DNA from: an uncultured Clostridia bacterium
Lineage (GTDB): Bacteria > Bacillota > Clostridia > Christensenellales > UBA1242
Assembly: GCA_947623775.1 (NCBI GenBank)
Contig: CANQHL010000001.1
Coordinates: forward strand, 1 to 53,521
Direction of reading: 5' to 3'
Length of the DNA: 53,521 nt
Every line of letters begins with the position of its first letter. Position 1 is the stretch's first letter. Both the position numbers and the translations under genes were made by a program. This document shows positions 44,438 to 53,521 of this stretch, piece by piece. Under the pieces are notes generated by a model. The model had not been told where the DNA came from. It searched no databases and worked only from the letters and a program-made list of their open reading frames with translations.

Positions 44438-45823
44438 ATGAAAAATAAAGAGAATGAAAAAGAAAGCGTGCTTGCCGATGATAGAAAGAGAAAGAAGAAA
44501 AGGGGTGCGGTAATTGGACTTGCTATAACAACGGGGATTTTAGGCCTTACAACCATGGGTTTTACGATTGGTTTCGGTATTGCACAGAGCAATGCTATGC
44601 GCTATAAAAACGACCTTGTAAATATTTATAATGAGAATTTCTACAATCTTTTAGATAGTGTAAATAACCTTGAAAACAAACTTTCAAAAACACTAAGTTC
44701 AAATGGCACTTATCAAAGAAAAATGTTGCTTGAAGCATCTAAAAACGCAGGGGAAGCAGAAGTGTCGGTGTCTCAACTTCCATTGTCGCAATCTGATATT
44801 CAAGATATGATTAAATTTGTAAATCAAATATCAGGCTATACTTCAACGCTTGCTAATGAATTGATTGATAAATCCACTCTTTCAGAAGAAGATATATCCA
44901 CACTGCAGGATATACATGAAAGCGTTTTGCAATTAAAAAATCAACTGAATGAATTTGAAAGAAAAATGGAAAAGGGATATTCTATAATTGATAACATAGA
45001 TATTGATGTAACAAACAATGGTTTTTCTCAGATGATAACATTGTCAAAAAGCAATGCAATAGAATATCCGACAATGATATATGATGGACCTTTTTCAGAT
45101 AGTGTAACAAATAGCGAAGTTAAGGGGTTGAAAGGCGAGAGCGTATCAAAAAGCAAAGCGGAAGAGATAGTTGAAAAGCAGTTTAAGAACACTGCGGAAA
45201 TAAAATTTGAGGGAGAGACAAAAGGTAGATTTGAAACATATAATTTTAGAATAAAAAATTCTGATGGTGAAATGCTGTATATACAGGTTTCAAAAATTGG
45301 TGGAAATATTTTGACGATAAGCGGTGCAGGCAAAGATGGCGATGCAGCAATAGATATGGATGCCGCCAAAGATATTGCAATTCATTTTGCCGAAGAAAAT
45401 GGAATTGAAAATGCACAGGTTGTGTGGTCCGACCAAATAAAAAATGATGTTTATTTAAACATAGCACCAATGCAAAATGGGATTGTTTTATATCCAGACC
45501 TCGTAAAGGTGAAAGTTGACTTAACAAATGGAATGATTGTGGGATATGACGCTACAACATATTTTACAAATCACGTTGCAAGAAATTTATCAAAAGGAAT
45601 TTTGCGTGAGAGTGATGCACGGGGTAAAGTGCCATCAAATTTTGAAATTGCACAAAGCAGACTTGTGTTAAGTCCACTTGAATACAACCGAGAAGTGGTA
45701 TGTTACGAAGTTGAAACTGATTATAAAAATGAGACATATTTCTTCTATTTCAACGCATCAAATGGCGAGTTGGAAAACGTTTTAAAAGTAATAAAGACCG
45801 ACAATGGAAACTTATTGATGTAA
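44438..45823 (+). CDS. ypeB: Germination protein YpeB-like
   Basis: Membrane anchor plus a long extracytoplasmic domain with PepSY-like C-terminal repeats. Located immediately downstream of sleB, as in the conserved sleB-ypeB pair. Confidence 0.65.
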   Translation: MKNKENEKESVLADDRKRKKKRGAVIGLAITTGILGLTTMGFTIGFGIAQSNAMRYKNDLVNIYNENFYNLLDSVNNLENKLSKTLSSNGTYQRKMLLEASKNAGEAEVSVSQLPLSQSDIQDMIKFVNQISGYTSTLANELIDKSTLSEEDISTLQDIHESVLQLKNQLNEFERKMEKGYSIIDNIDIDVTNNGFSQMITLSKSNAIEYPTMIYDGPFSDSVTNSEVKGLKGESVSKSKAEEIVEKQFKNTAEIKFEGETKGRFETYNFRIKNSDGEMLYIQVSKIGGNILTISGAGKDGDAAIDMDAAKDIAIHFAEENGIENAQVVWSDQIKNDVYLNIAPMQNGIVLYPDLVKVKVDLTNGMIVGYDATTYFTNHVARNLSKGILRESDARGKVPSNFEIAQSRLVLSPLEYNREVVCYEVETDYKNETYFFYFNASNGELENVLKVIKTDNGNLLM

Positions 45824-45852
45824 AAAAATTGTTTACCGAAAACTTATGGCAG

Positions 45853-45881
45853 AAAAAGACATTTTATAAATGTCTTTTTTT
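45853..45881 (+). terminator. Intrinsic terminator
   Basis: AGACATTT-TAT-AAATGTCT followed by TTTTTTT. Confidence 0.7.
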
Positions 45882-45941
45882 ATAATTGAAAATCAATTGT
45901 TTAAAAATTAAAAATATGTTATAATACTTTGCGGAGAATTT

Positions 45942-48113
45942 ATGTTTGCAGAAATTATAATCGACCAAGATGCAAAAGCACTTGATAAAGTGTTTGAATA
46001 CATTGTTCCAGATGATATGGAATTGCAGGTTGGCATGCGTGTTAAAGTGCCATTTGGGAAAAGGCAATTGCAAGGGTTTGTTGTGAAAATTAAAGATAAT
46101 TGTGATTATAACAGTGAAAAATTGAAGAAAATTTGCGAAAAAATCGAAGATTTTGCAGTTGTTAAACCAGAAATGCTTGAAATAATGAAATTTATGGCTA
46201 AAAAATTTCATTTGAAATTAGCGTCAATTTTAAGACTTTTTTTGCCTGCAGAAATGCGAGAGGGCAAGGTGAGTGAGTTGATTGAAACTTATTATCATCT
46301 ATGTGAAAATGTTGATTATTCAATATCAAAATCGGCAAAAAATCAACTTGCTATAATAGAAGAATTAAAAAATGGAGATAAATCATCATCTTATCTTGGT
46401 GAAAAATATGGTTATTCTACATTAAAAACACTTGTTTTAAAAGGATACATTGAAAAAAAGAAAAGAGAAGTGAAAAGAAAACCTTTTGTTATCACTCAAA
46501 ATGATAAGAGGGTGACATTAAATGATGGGCAAATCAATGCTCTTAATTGTATAAAGGAAAACAAAACTTATCTTTTGCATGGTGTTACGGGAAGCGGAAA
46601 GACTGAGATTTATATGCACCTTATTGAGGACGCTTTGCAAAAAGGGAAAAATGCAATTATGTTGGTCCCTGAAATTTCTCTTACCCCTCAGATTATGTCA
46701 AATTTTAAAGGGCGTTTCGGAGATAATGTGGCATTGCTTCATAGTGGTTTATCCGCTGGTGAACGCTTTGATGAATGGAAAAGGTTGTTTACAGGTGAAG
46801 CAAGAATCGCAATCGGGGCACGCTCTGCGATATTTGCTCCACTTGAAAATCTTGGTGTTATCATAATTGATGAGGAACATGAGGGAAGTTATATTTCAGA
46901 GTCAAATCCAAGATATAACACTCATAGTGTAGCGGAATTTAGAGCAAGATATAATTCTTGTCCTTTGCTTTTAGGTTCAGCAACACCATCAATAGAAAGT
47001 TATCAAAAGGCAAAAGAAGGAATTTATCAACTAATAGAATTGCCTGTGCGTGCAAATGGAAAGGAAATGCCACCTGTACAAATTGTGGATATGATGGAAG
47101 AATTAAGGCGTGGAAATTCCTCAATATTTTCAAATCAACTCCTTGCAGACCTAGCAAATGTTATAAACGATAAAAAACAAGCAATGATTTTCATGAACAG
47201 AAGAGGATATTCATCTTTTATGAGGTGTCGAGAATGTGGCTATGTGGCAAAATGTAGTGATTGCGATGTAAGTCTAGTTTATCATAAAGAGGACAACCGA
47301 TTGAAATGTCACTATTGCGGCAAGCAATTTAAGGTGTTGACAAGATGTCCAAATTGCCAAAGTGAAAATATTAAATATGGAGCAGTTGGCACCGAACAAA
47401 TAGTTCACAAATTGAATGAGATATTCCCGGACGTAAAGATTTTGCGAATGGATAACGACACAACTTCAACGAAAAATGCACATCAGAAGATATTGGACGA
47501 ATTTAGAAGAACAAAACCTTGTATTTTGGTTGGAACTCAAATGATTGCGAAAGGGCATGATTTTGAAGATGTAGTCTTGGTTGGAATTGTAGATGGAGAC
47601 CAGGGATTATATCAAACTGATTATCGAAGCACCGAACGGACTTTTCAGTTGATAACGCAGGTTGCAGGCAGGGCAGGAAGAAGTGAAAATGCGGGAAAAG
47701 TTGTTCTTCAAACTTACAGCCCAAGACACTACGTATATAAATTTGCGTCAAATTATGATTATAAAGGATTCTTCAGAAAAGAGATTAATATAAGGCAAAC
47801 GGCAGAATTTCCGCCTTTTACACGTCTTTTGAGGATACTTTTCAGTGATTTTGATGAAAATCATGTGCGAGAATTGTTAAAAGTGTGCTATACTGAGATT
47901 GTAAAATTGAAAGATAAGTATGGTGATCAAATCATTTATCTTGATGCGATGAAGTCCCCGATAAAAAGAGTGCAGGATAAATATCGTTATCAGATTATGA
48001 TGCGATTAAAACTTGAAAAAGCAGACGAGATAGAGGAAGAGTGTTTCAACATAGTCAATTCGGCGGCAAAAACATCTGTATTTTTTGAAGTTAATCCGCA
48101 AAACTTGTCTTAA
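45942..48113 (+). CDS. priA: Primosomal protein N' (replication restart helicase PriA)
   Basis: GVTGSGKTE Walker A, IIDEEHE (DEEH box) and the Cys-rich zinc module CRECGYVAKCSDCDVSLVYH...CHYCG...CPNCQS. Confidence 0.92.
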   Translation: MFAEIIIDQDAKALDKVFEYIVPDDMELQVGMRVKVPFGKRQLQGFVVKIKDNCDYNSEKLKKICEKIEDFAVVKPEMLEIMKFMAKKFHLKLASILRLFLPAEMREGKVSELIETYYHLCENVDYSISKSAKNQLAIIEELKNGDKSSSYLGEKYGYSTLKTLVLKGYIEKKKREVKRKPFVITQNDKRVTLNDGQINALNCIKENKTYLLHGVTGSGKTEIYMHLIEDALQKGKNAIMLVPEISLTPQIMSNFKGRFGDNVALLHSGLSAGERFDEWKRLFTGEARIAIGARSAIFAPLENLGVIIIDEEHEGSYISESNPRYNTHSVAEFRARYNSCPLLLGSATPSIESYQKAKEGIYQLIELPVRANGKEMPPVQIVDMMEELRRGNSSIFSNQLLADLANVINDKKQAMIFMNRRGYSSFMRCRECGYVAKCSDCDVSLVYHKEDNRLKCHYCGKQFKVLTRCPNCQSENIKYGAVGTEQIVHKLNEIFPDVKILRMDNDTTSTKNAHQKILDEFRRTKPCILVGTQMIAKGHDFEDVVLVGIVDGDQGLYQTDYRSTERTFQLITQVAGRAGRSENAGKVVLQTYSPRHYVYKFASNYDYKGFFRKEINIRQTAEFPPFTRLLRILFSDFDENHVRELLKVCYTEIVKLKDKYGDQIIYLDAMKSPIKRVQDKYRYQIMMRLKLEKADEIEEECFNIVNSAAKTSVFFEVNPQNLS

Positions 48114-48125
48114 AAGGAGAAATAT

Positions 48126-48596
48126 ATGGCTATAAGAAAAATTGTTAAATTAGGTGAGGAAAGTTTAAGAAAAAAATCAAAACCCGTAGTTGATTTTGAC
48201 AAATCTTTATGGGAATTGCTTGACGATATGAAAGAAACAATGTACGCATTTAATGGCATGGGACTTGCCGCACCTCAAGTTGGGGTGTTAAGACGCGTGG
48301 TTGTTGTTGATGTAAACAATGCGTTTATCGAACTTGTAAATCCTGAAATTGTAAAGACAAAAGGTGAAGATGTGGAAGAAGAGGGTTGCCTTTCTGTGGA
48401 AAATTTCCGTGGAAGAGTTGTACGCCCGATGAAAATCACCGTCAATGCCTTTGATAGATATGGTTATCCATTCACATTGACGGGTGAAAAATGGCTTGCA
48501 AGGTGTATTTGCCATGAAGTTGACCACCTTGATGGGATAGTTTTTGTAGATAAAAGTTTAGATAAAGAAAAATATTTAAAAAAACATAGTTTATAG
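48126..48596 (+). CDS. def: Peptide deformylase
   Basis: GLAAPQVG, EGCLS and HEVDHLDG motifs. Confidence 0.92.
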   Translation: MAIRKIVKLGEESLRKKSKPVVDFDKSLWELLDDMKETMYAFNGMGLAAPQVGVLRRVVVVDVNNAFIELVNPEIVKTKGEDVEEEGCLSVENFRGRVVRPMKITVNAFDRYGYPFTLTGEKWLARCICHEVDHLDGIVFVDKSLDKEKYLKKHSL

Positions 48597-48603
48597 GTGA
48601 AAA

Positions 48604-49509
48604 ATGAAGATATTATTTTTAGGTAGCTCAAGATTTTCAAAAATTGTGCTTGAAAGTTTGTTAAATGCAGGTTTTGACGTGTCGTGCGTTATAACTCAGC
48701 CAGATAAACCAAGCGGGCGAGGACATAAGTTGACACCAACGGAGGTTAACGTTTTTGCAACGGAAAGGGGTATAGATGTTAAAACTTTTGATAAATTTAG
48801 GTTGCATTTAGATGAGGTTGAACAAGTAGATTATGATTATGCCGTTGTTGCATCGTATGGACAAATATTGCCGATGGCGTTTTTAGATATGAAACCATGT
48901 ATAAATGTTCACCCATCACTTTTACCAAAATACAGAGGGGCATCACCTCTTCAAAGCAGCATATTAAATGGTGATAAAACAACAGGCGTAACCATTATGA
49001 AAGTTGCTCAAAAAGTTGATGCGGGCGACATACTTGCACAGGAGACTTTTGAGACAAATGGTGAGTATTATTTGGAATTAGAAGAAAAATTAGCAATTTT
49101 AGGTGGAAAAATGCTTGAAAAAGTGCTAAAAAACTATAAAAACATCATTCCTGTGCAACAAAATGAAGAAGAAGCAACATTTACAAGAAAATTTGAAAAG
49201 GTCGATGGAGAACTTAGCCCGACACTTACAAGTGATGAGCTTGTGAATAAAGTTCGAGCATTTTCTCAATTGCAGGGAACATTTTTGACTGTAGATGAGA
49301 TAAACATAAAAGTCTTAAAACTGACGGCGGCAAATTATAATAATTTAGATGAGGGAGAGTTGTTGCAAGACAAAAAGCATTTTGTTTTCGGGTGCAAAAA
49401 TGGCAGTGTGGAAGTGGTAGAATGTCTATCTCCTTATGGCAAAAAAATATCGGGACGCGATTTTATAAATGGCCATAATGAGATTTTGTCAAAGAGGGTG
49501 AAATGTTAG
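48604..49509 (+). CDS. fmt: Methionyl-tRNA formyltransferase
   Basis: MKILFLGS..., the formyltransferase core INVHPSLLPKYRGASPLQ and a C-terminal domain. Confidence 0.9.
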   Translation: MKILFLGSSRFSKIVLESLLNAGFDVSCVITQPDKPSGRGHKLTPTEVNVFATERGIDVKTFDKFRLHLDEVEQVDYDYAVVASYGQILPMAFLDMKPCINVHPSLLPKYRGASPLQSSILNGDKTTGVTIMKVAQKVDAGDILAQETFETNGEYYLELEEKLAILGGKMLEKVLKNYKNIIPVQQNEEEATFTRKFEKVDGELSPTLTSDELVNKVRAFSQLQGTFLTVDEINIKVLKLTAANYNNLDEGELLQDKKHFVFGCKNGSVEVVECLSPYGKKISGRDFINGHNEILSKRVKC

Positions 49510-50531
49510 CAGATTATTCTTATGATGAAATGAAATTGTATGCAAAGGTTAAAAATCTACCACTATTTCGCGGAGAACAAATTTTTGATGCAATTTCGGC
49601 GGGAAAAACTCTTGACGAGATAACAAATATTCCAAAAGCTTTAAAGGAACAAATTGAGGAAGATTATCCGAGATATAAAATTGAGGAGGTCTTTGAAAGT
49701 AAAGACGGCACAAAAAAGTATATAATATCTTATCCTGATGGAAATATCGTTGAAAGTGTCTTAATGAAATATAAATATGGCTACACAGTTTGCCTTTCCA
49801 CACAGGTGGGTTGCCGAATGGGCTGTAAATTTTGTGCTTCAACGCTTAATGGACTTGCTAGAAATTTAAGTGCGGGAGAGATTTTAGGACAAGCACTTTT
49901 AATAAACAGAGAACTTGGCGGAAGCAAAAAGAACAGAATGATTACAAATATAGTCTTAATGGGAAGCGGCGAGCCACTTGATAATTTTGAAAATGTTTGT
50001 AAATTTATTGATTTGGTCACATCTCAAAGGGGGTTAAACGTAAGCCAAAGAAATATTTCCCTTTCCACATGTGGACTTGTGGATAAAATAGATGAACTTG
50101 CCAAGAAAAATTACAACATCACATTAACAATATCTTTGCATTCCACCACCGATGAAAGAAGAAAGGAAATTATGCCCATAGCAAACAAGTTTTCTATAAA
50201 AGAAATCATCGGGGCATGTAAAAGATATTATGATAAAACAGGACGAAGGATTTATTTTGAATACACATTAATAAAGGGAGTAAATGATAGCGAACAAGAT
50301 ATATTAAGGTTATCAAACATGTTAAAAGGATTTAATTGCCATGTCAACATTATTCCACTAAACAGTGTTAAAGAGAGAAATTTGATTGGTTCTTCAAGGT
50401 TGGAAGCATATAAATTTGCTGAAAAATTAAATGAAAAGAAAATTTCGGCAACTGTTCGTCGAACGATGGGTGAGGACATCGAGGGTGCTTGCGGTCAACT
50501 TCGGAATAAAATTTTAAAAAATAGGGGTTAA
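49503..50531 (+). CDS. rlmN: 23S rRNA/tRNA adenine-C2 methyltransferase RlmN (radical SAM)
   Basis: CxxxCxxC radical-SAM cluster motif (GCRMGCKFCAS), MGSGEPLDN and the C-terminal GACGQL motif. Overlaps fmt by 7 nt. Confidence 0.9.
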   Translation: MLADYSYDEMKLYAKVKNLPLFRGEQIFDAISAGKTLDEITNIPKALKEQIEEDYPRYKIEEVFESKDGTKKYIISYPDGNIVESVLMKYKYGYTVCLSTQVGCRMGCKFCASTLNGLARNLSAGEILGQALLINRELGGSKKNRMITNIVLMGSGEPLDNFENVCKFIDLVTSQRGLNVSQRNISLSTCGLVDKIDELAKKNYNITLTISLHSTTDERRKEIMPIANKFSIKEIIGACKRYYDKTGRRIYFEYTLIKGVNDSEQDILRLSNMLKGFNCHVNIIPLNSVKERNLIGSSRLEAYKFAEKLNEKKISATVRRTMGEDIEGACGQLRNKILKNRG

Positions 50532-50532
50532 A

Positions 50533-51372
50533 TTGCAGGGGATAGTAATTTCAAAAAACGCAGACTTATTCACGGTTGAAAGCGAAGAAAAAGAGTTTAT
50601 GTTAAAAGCGAGTGGAAAAACCAAATCCACAGGCATTTTTGTTGGTGATAATGTTGAATTTGACAAAAGCATCACAAAAGTATGCGAAAGAAAAAATTTG
50701 TTAATAAGACCTCCGCTTGCAAATGTGGATAGAATGTTTATAGTGATTTCCCAGAAACCATTGATTGAATTTTCACTGCTTGATAGGTTGTTGATTTACT
50801 GCAAAATTAATGATATTATCCCGATAATTGTGATTAACAAAATTGACATATGTTCTCATGAATTTATAGATAATATTGAAAAAATATATGCAAAACACTA
50901 TAAAATCTTAAAAATAAGTGCAAAAAATGATAATTTATCAAATTTTGAAGATGAAATTGAAGGAATTTCCGTTCTGGCGGGACAAAGTGCGGTTGGGAAA
51001 TCTTCAATTATAAAAGCAATTTTTAAGGATAAAATTAATATAGAAATCGGGGATTTGTCCAGAAAAATTGAAAGAGGCAAACAGACCACAAGAATTGTCA
51101 AACTTTTCAAAGTTGGCGGAGGATACATTGCTGACACGGCGGGATTTTCGCTTTTAAATCTTGCAATGGTGACAACGCTTGAAGCAAGAGAACTTGGCAC
51201 ATATTTCCCAGATTTTATGAAATATATTGAGAAATGCAAATATCGCTCTTGCCTGCATGAGAATGGGCAATGTGGTGTTATTGATGGCGTGAAAAAAGGC
51301 GAAATAGCCAAAGAAAGATATGAAAGCTATTTAAAAATACTTAGTGAAATCAAATCTAGAAAGATTTATTAG
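50533..51372 (+). CDS. rsgA: Ribosome small-subunit biogenesis GTPase RsgA
   Basis: N-terminal OB fold, circularly permuted GTPase motifs (INKIDI ... GQSAVGKSS) and a C-terminal zinc knuckle (CKYRSCLHENGQC). TTG start 1 nt after the rlmN stop. Confidence 0.85.
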   Translation: MQGIVISKNADLFTVESEEKEFMLKASGKTKSTGIFVGDNVEFDKSITKVCERKNLLIRPPLANVDRMFIVISQKPLIEFSLLDRLLIYCKINDIIPIIVINKIDICSHEFIDNIEKIYAKHYKILKISAKNDNLSNFEDEIEGISVLAGQSAVGKSSIIKAIFKDKINIEIGDLSRKIERGKQTTRIVKLFKVGGGYIADTAGFSLLNLAMVTTLEARELGTYFPDFMKYIEKCKYRSCLHENGQCGVIDGVKKGEIAKERYESYLKILSEIKSRKIY

Positions 51373-51380
51373 GAGTGTAT

Positions 51381-52046
51381 ATGAAAAAAAATGTCTATGT
51401 ATCGGTGTCAACTGACCCTGTTACAAGTTTTCAAAATGTTGTTGAATATGCAAAGGAATTGCAAGGAATTGCTGATTTTATACATTGTGACATTATGGAC
51501 GGGAAATTTGTACCATGCATAACTTACGATGCGTCACTTGTCAATAATATAAATCAAAACACCTTGACAATGTTGGATGTTCATCTTATGTGCAATGAAC
51601 CTTTGAAAATAATTGATGATTATATGAGGGCGGGTGCAAATATATTGACAATTCATTATGAAGCGTTTAAGAACAAAGATGATATTATGGTTGCATTGAA
51701 AAAAATCAAAGAGGCAAATGGCCTTGCTGGACTTTCGATTAATCCTGAGACAAAATTAAAAGATATAAAGTTATATCTCCATGATTTTGATGTGATTTTA
51801 TTGATGAGTGTTCATCCGGGGGCAAGCGGACAGAAATTGTTGCCAGAGACATTTGAAAGACTTCAAGCCTTAAATGATGAAAGGGAACTTAACGATTTAA
51901 AATTTAAAATAGAAGTTGATGGTGGTGTAAACAATGAAAATGCCGGGCGACTTGTTGAGTGTGGTGCAGATATTTTAGTTAGTGGTAACTATATATATAA
52001 GTCAAATGATAGGAAAAAGGCAATAAATTTATTGAAAAATGCTTAA
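51381..52046 (+). CDS. rpe: Ribulose-phosphate 3-epimerase
   Basis: HCDIMDGKFVP, DVHLM, MSVHPG and VDGGV motifs. AGGAG RBS 5 nt before ATG 51381. Confidence 0.88.
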   Translation: MKKNVYVSVSTDPVTSFQNVVEYAKELQGIADFIHCDIMDGKFVPCITYDASLVNNINQNTLTMLDVHLMCNEPLKIIDDYMRAGANILTIHYEAFKNKDDIMVALKKIKEANGLAGLSINPETKLKDIKLYLHDFDVILLMSVHPGASGQKLLPETFERLQALNDERELNDLKFKIEVDGGVNNENAGRLVECGADILVSGNYIYKSNDRKKAINLLKNA

Positions 52047-52074
52047 AAAAGAGGGCAATTTGCCCTCTTTTTTA
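52045..52074. terminator. Bidirectional intrinsic terminator
   Basis: AAAAAAGAGGGC-AATTT-GCCCTCTTTTTT. Confidence 0.75.
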
Positions 52075-52201
52075 ATAAAAATGTTTGTAATGAAAAAAGT
52101 GTTATTGTTGAAAACTCCAAAGGTGTCGCAAATGGTCAATCAGGAGAATAATTTCCTGATTTTTTATTTAATTTGCTGTACCTTGAAAAAAGAAAACTCA
52201 A

Positions 52202-52519
52202 TTATTCATTTCCATGTTCACATTCAACATCGTATGCACTGCTATCTGGTTTATTTTTATATAAATTGCCTCTATTTGCACTTGCCCAAATATAATTATC
52301 GCAGCATTCTGTTTGAATTGTAAATGATTCAGATTCAGAATCTGCCCATGATTTTACTTTATGTAAAACATCTTTTCCATTTTCTTCAATAACTGCATAA
52401 TTGAATTGATAATGCAAATCGGTCAAGTCCTTGTTGCAACCTGTAAAAGTAAATGCTGCTCCAAGCAATATACCTGATGCCATAGTGCAATAAATAAGTT
52501 TTTTCAGTCCGCCTTTCAT
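52202..52519 (-). CDS. Small lipoprotein
   Basis: Signal peptide ending in the lipobox FTGC (ILLGAAFTFTGCNKD). 105 aa. Confidence 0.6.
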   Translation of the reverse strand: MKGGLKKLIYCTMASGILLGAAFTFTGCNKDLTDLHYQFNYAVIEENGKDVLHKVKSWADSESESFTIQTECCDNYIWASANRGNLYKNKPDSSAYDVECEHGNE

Positions 52520-52899
52520 AATTCACCATCCTTGTGATTATTATATCATAAATATTCGTTATTGTCAATATGAAATTTTGTGGCACTCAGTGACAAAATT
52601 CAATTTTGCCTGTTGCTTTAAAGTATTTGTTCAATATTTTATTTATAATCTTTGTTGGACAATGGAAATTCAATAAGGAAATAAGGATAAGGGAAACTTG
52701 TTTTAAGGTGATTTAAAGTGATGGATTTGAAAATTTAATTGAAAGGGGAAGTTGTTTAACAAGATTTTAAATCTTCATTTTTTATATAAATGCTGTTTTA
52801 AGTGTGAAAAATGTATAATTATAATGTAATATATTAGATATAAATATTAACCTAATAAATATATTATTAAAAATATTTTAAAAAAATTTTGAAAAAAGG

Positions 52900-52928
52900 T
52901 TGACTTATAGAAAAATATTTGTTACAAT
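52900..52928 (+). promoter_or_regulatory. Sigma-A promoter of the S10 (rpsJ) operon
   Basis: TTGACT (52900-52905), a 17-nt spacer, then TGtTACAAT (extended -10; hexamer at 52923-52928). Confidence 0.6.
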
Positions 52929-53159
52929 AGGTAAGCTGTGAATTATGGGTTGATGCATAAGGTTACCTTGGTTACCTGCAACCGTAGGAGAATTTATGCG
53001 GACAAGTTCGTGGCTCTGACCATGAGCGACTGACCGAAAAATCACATTTTTTAATCCGTCACAGCATGAAACACATGGGCAAGTGTACCATGATTTCATA
53101 AATCATTCCGATTTACGGAGATAGGTCAGATAGTTGTTAACAGGAGGTATTTAAAATTA
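52929..53159 (+). ncRNA. GC-enriched structured 5' leader of rpsJ (candidate ribosomal-protein leader / cis-regulatory RNA)
   Basis: About 230 nt lie between the promoter and the rpsJ ATG, visibly richer in G+C than the flanking intergenic DNA. Local hairpins include CATGG-(9 nt)-CCATG at 53074-53092. Two CTGACC copies (53016, 53030) are complementary to GGTCAG (53124-53129), just upstream of the SD AGGAGG (53142-53147). Confidence 0.4.
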
Positions 53160-53468
53160 ATGGCAACACAAGTTATCAGAATCAAATTAAAGGCCTTTGA
53201 ACACACACTAATCGATGAAGCTTGCAAAAGAATCATTGATACCGCCGAAAAGTTCGGTGCAAAAGTGGCGGGGCCAATTCCACTTCCAACAGACAAAGAA
53301 GTGGTTACAGTAATCCGTTCACCACACATATTCAAAGACAGTCGTGAACAATTCGAGTCAAGAACTCACAAAAGACTCATAGATATTTACTCACCAAATG
53401 CCAAAGCAGTTGATGCTCTTATGAAGATAGACTTGCCGGCTGGAGTAGATATTAAGATTAAACTATAA
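53160..53468 (+). CDS. rpsJ: 30S ribosomal protein S10
   Basis: [24 protein letters not shown]...[22 protein letters not shown] matches the universally conserved uS10 sequence. Confidence 0.97.
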   Translation: MATQVIRIKLKAFEHTLIDEACKRIIDTAEKFGAKVAGPIPLPTDKEVVTVIRSPHIFKDSREQFESRTHKRLIDIYSPNAKAVDALMKIDLPAGVDIKIKL

Positions 53469-53486
53469 AATGGAGGAAGACATTAA

Positions 53487-53521
53487 ATGAAAAAAGCAAT
53501 TATCGGAAAGAAACTTGGTAT
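53487..53521 (+). CDS. rplC: 50S ribosomal protein L3, 5' fragment (continues beyond the window)
   Basis: GGAGG RBS, then ATG 53487 and MKKAIIGKKLG, the conserved uL3 N-terminus. It follows rpsJ as in the S10 operon. Confidence 0.8.
   Translation, partial: MKKAIIGKKLG

Noticed and set aside
52905-53099. 64-aa minus-strand ORF in the rpsJ upstream region.
   Set aside because: It has no RBS and an odd, Cys-rich composition. It coincides with the GC-enriched leader downstream of a plus-strand promoter, so it is more plausibly a by-product of a structured RNA.

Overview
AT-rich, compact Firmicutes/Clostridia-type chromosomal window from a spore former. It carries spoIIP, spoIIR, sleB-ypeB and veg, plus anaerobe markers (desulfoferrodoxin, ppdK). 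Recognisable housekeeping genes are ppdK, rpoZ, addB-addA, glmS, priA-def-fmt-rlmN-rsgA-rpe and the start of the S10 operon (rpsJ, rplC). There is also an Lsa-like ABC-F gene behind a leader-peptide attenuator. I found no rRNA, tRNA, CRISPR array, transposase or integrase.

The main finding is a family I cannot assign to any named family. Between about 8.4 and 19.8 kb, nine genes or ORF remnants end in nearly the same C-terminal pentapeptide, [Y/F]-x-D-L-E-stop (YLDLE, YIDLE, YDDLE, FLDLE, and a degenerate VIEIE).
- Seven of them share a paralogous N-terminal body, and five of those form one tandem operon behind a perfect TTGACA-17-TATAAT promoter.
- One copy is split by a frameshift in an A8/T8 homopolymer.
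- One is a mini-ORF with an in-frame TAG.
- One carries the same tail on an unrelated helical body.
- The codons encoding the tail differ between copies, so the conservation is at the peptide level. That fits a portable C-terminal docking, secretion or targeting tag.

Secondary observations:
- an orphan VirD4/TraG-like coupling ATPase among sporulation genes;
- a membrane coiled-coil protein with canonical AT-hooks downstream of addAB;
- a GC-enriched structured leader upstream of rpsJ;
- a YugP-like protein that appears to lack the HExxH motif;
- an EncFtn-like ferritin with no shell gene nearby;
- degenerate 38-bp tandem repeats;
- broken rpoZ/priA synteny, with rsmB, prpC and prkC absent.

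All functional calls rest on motif recognition by eye and need database confirmation.
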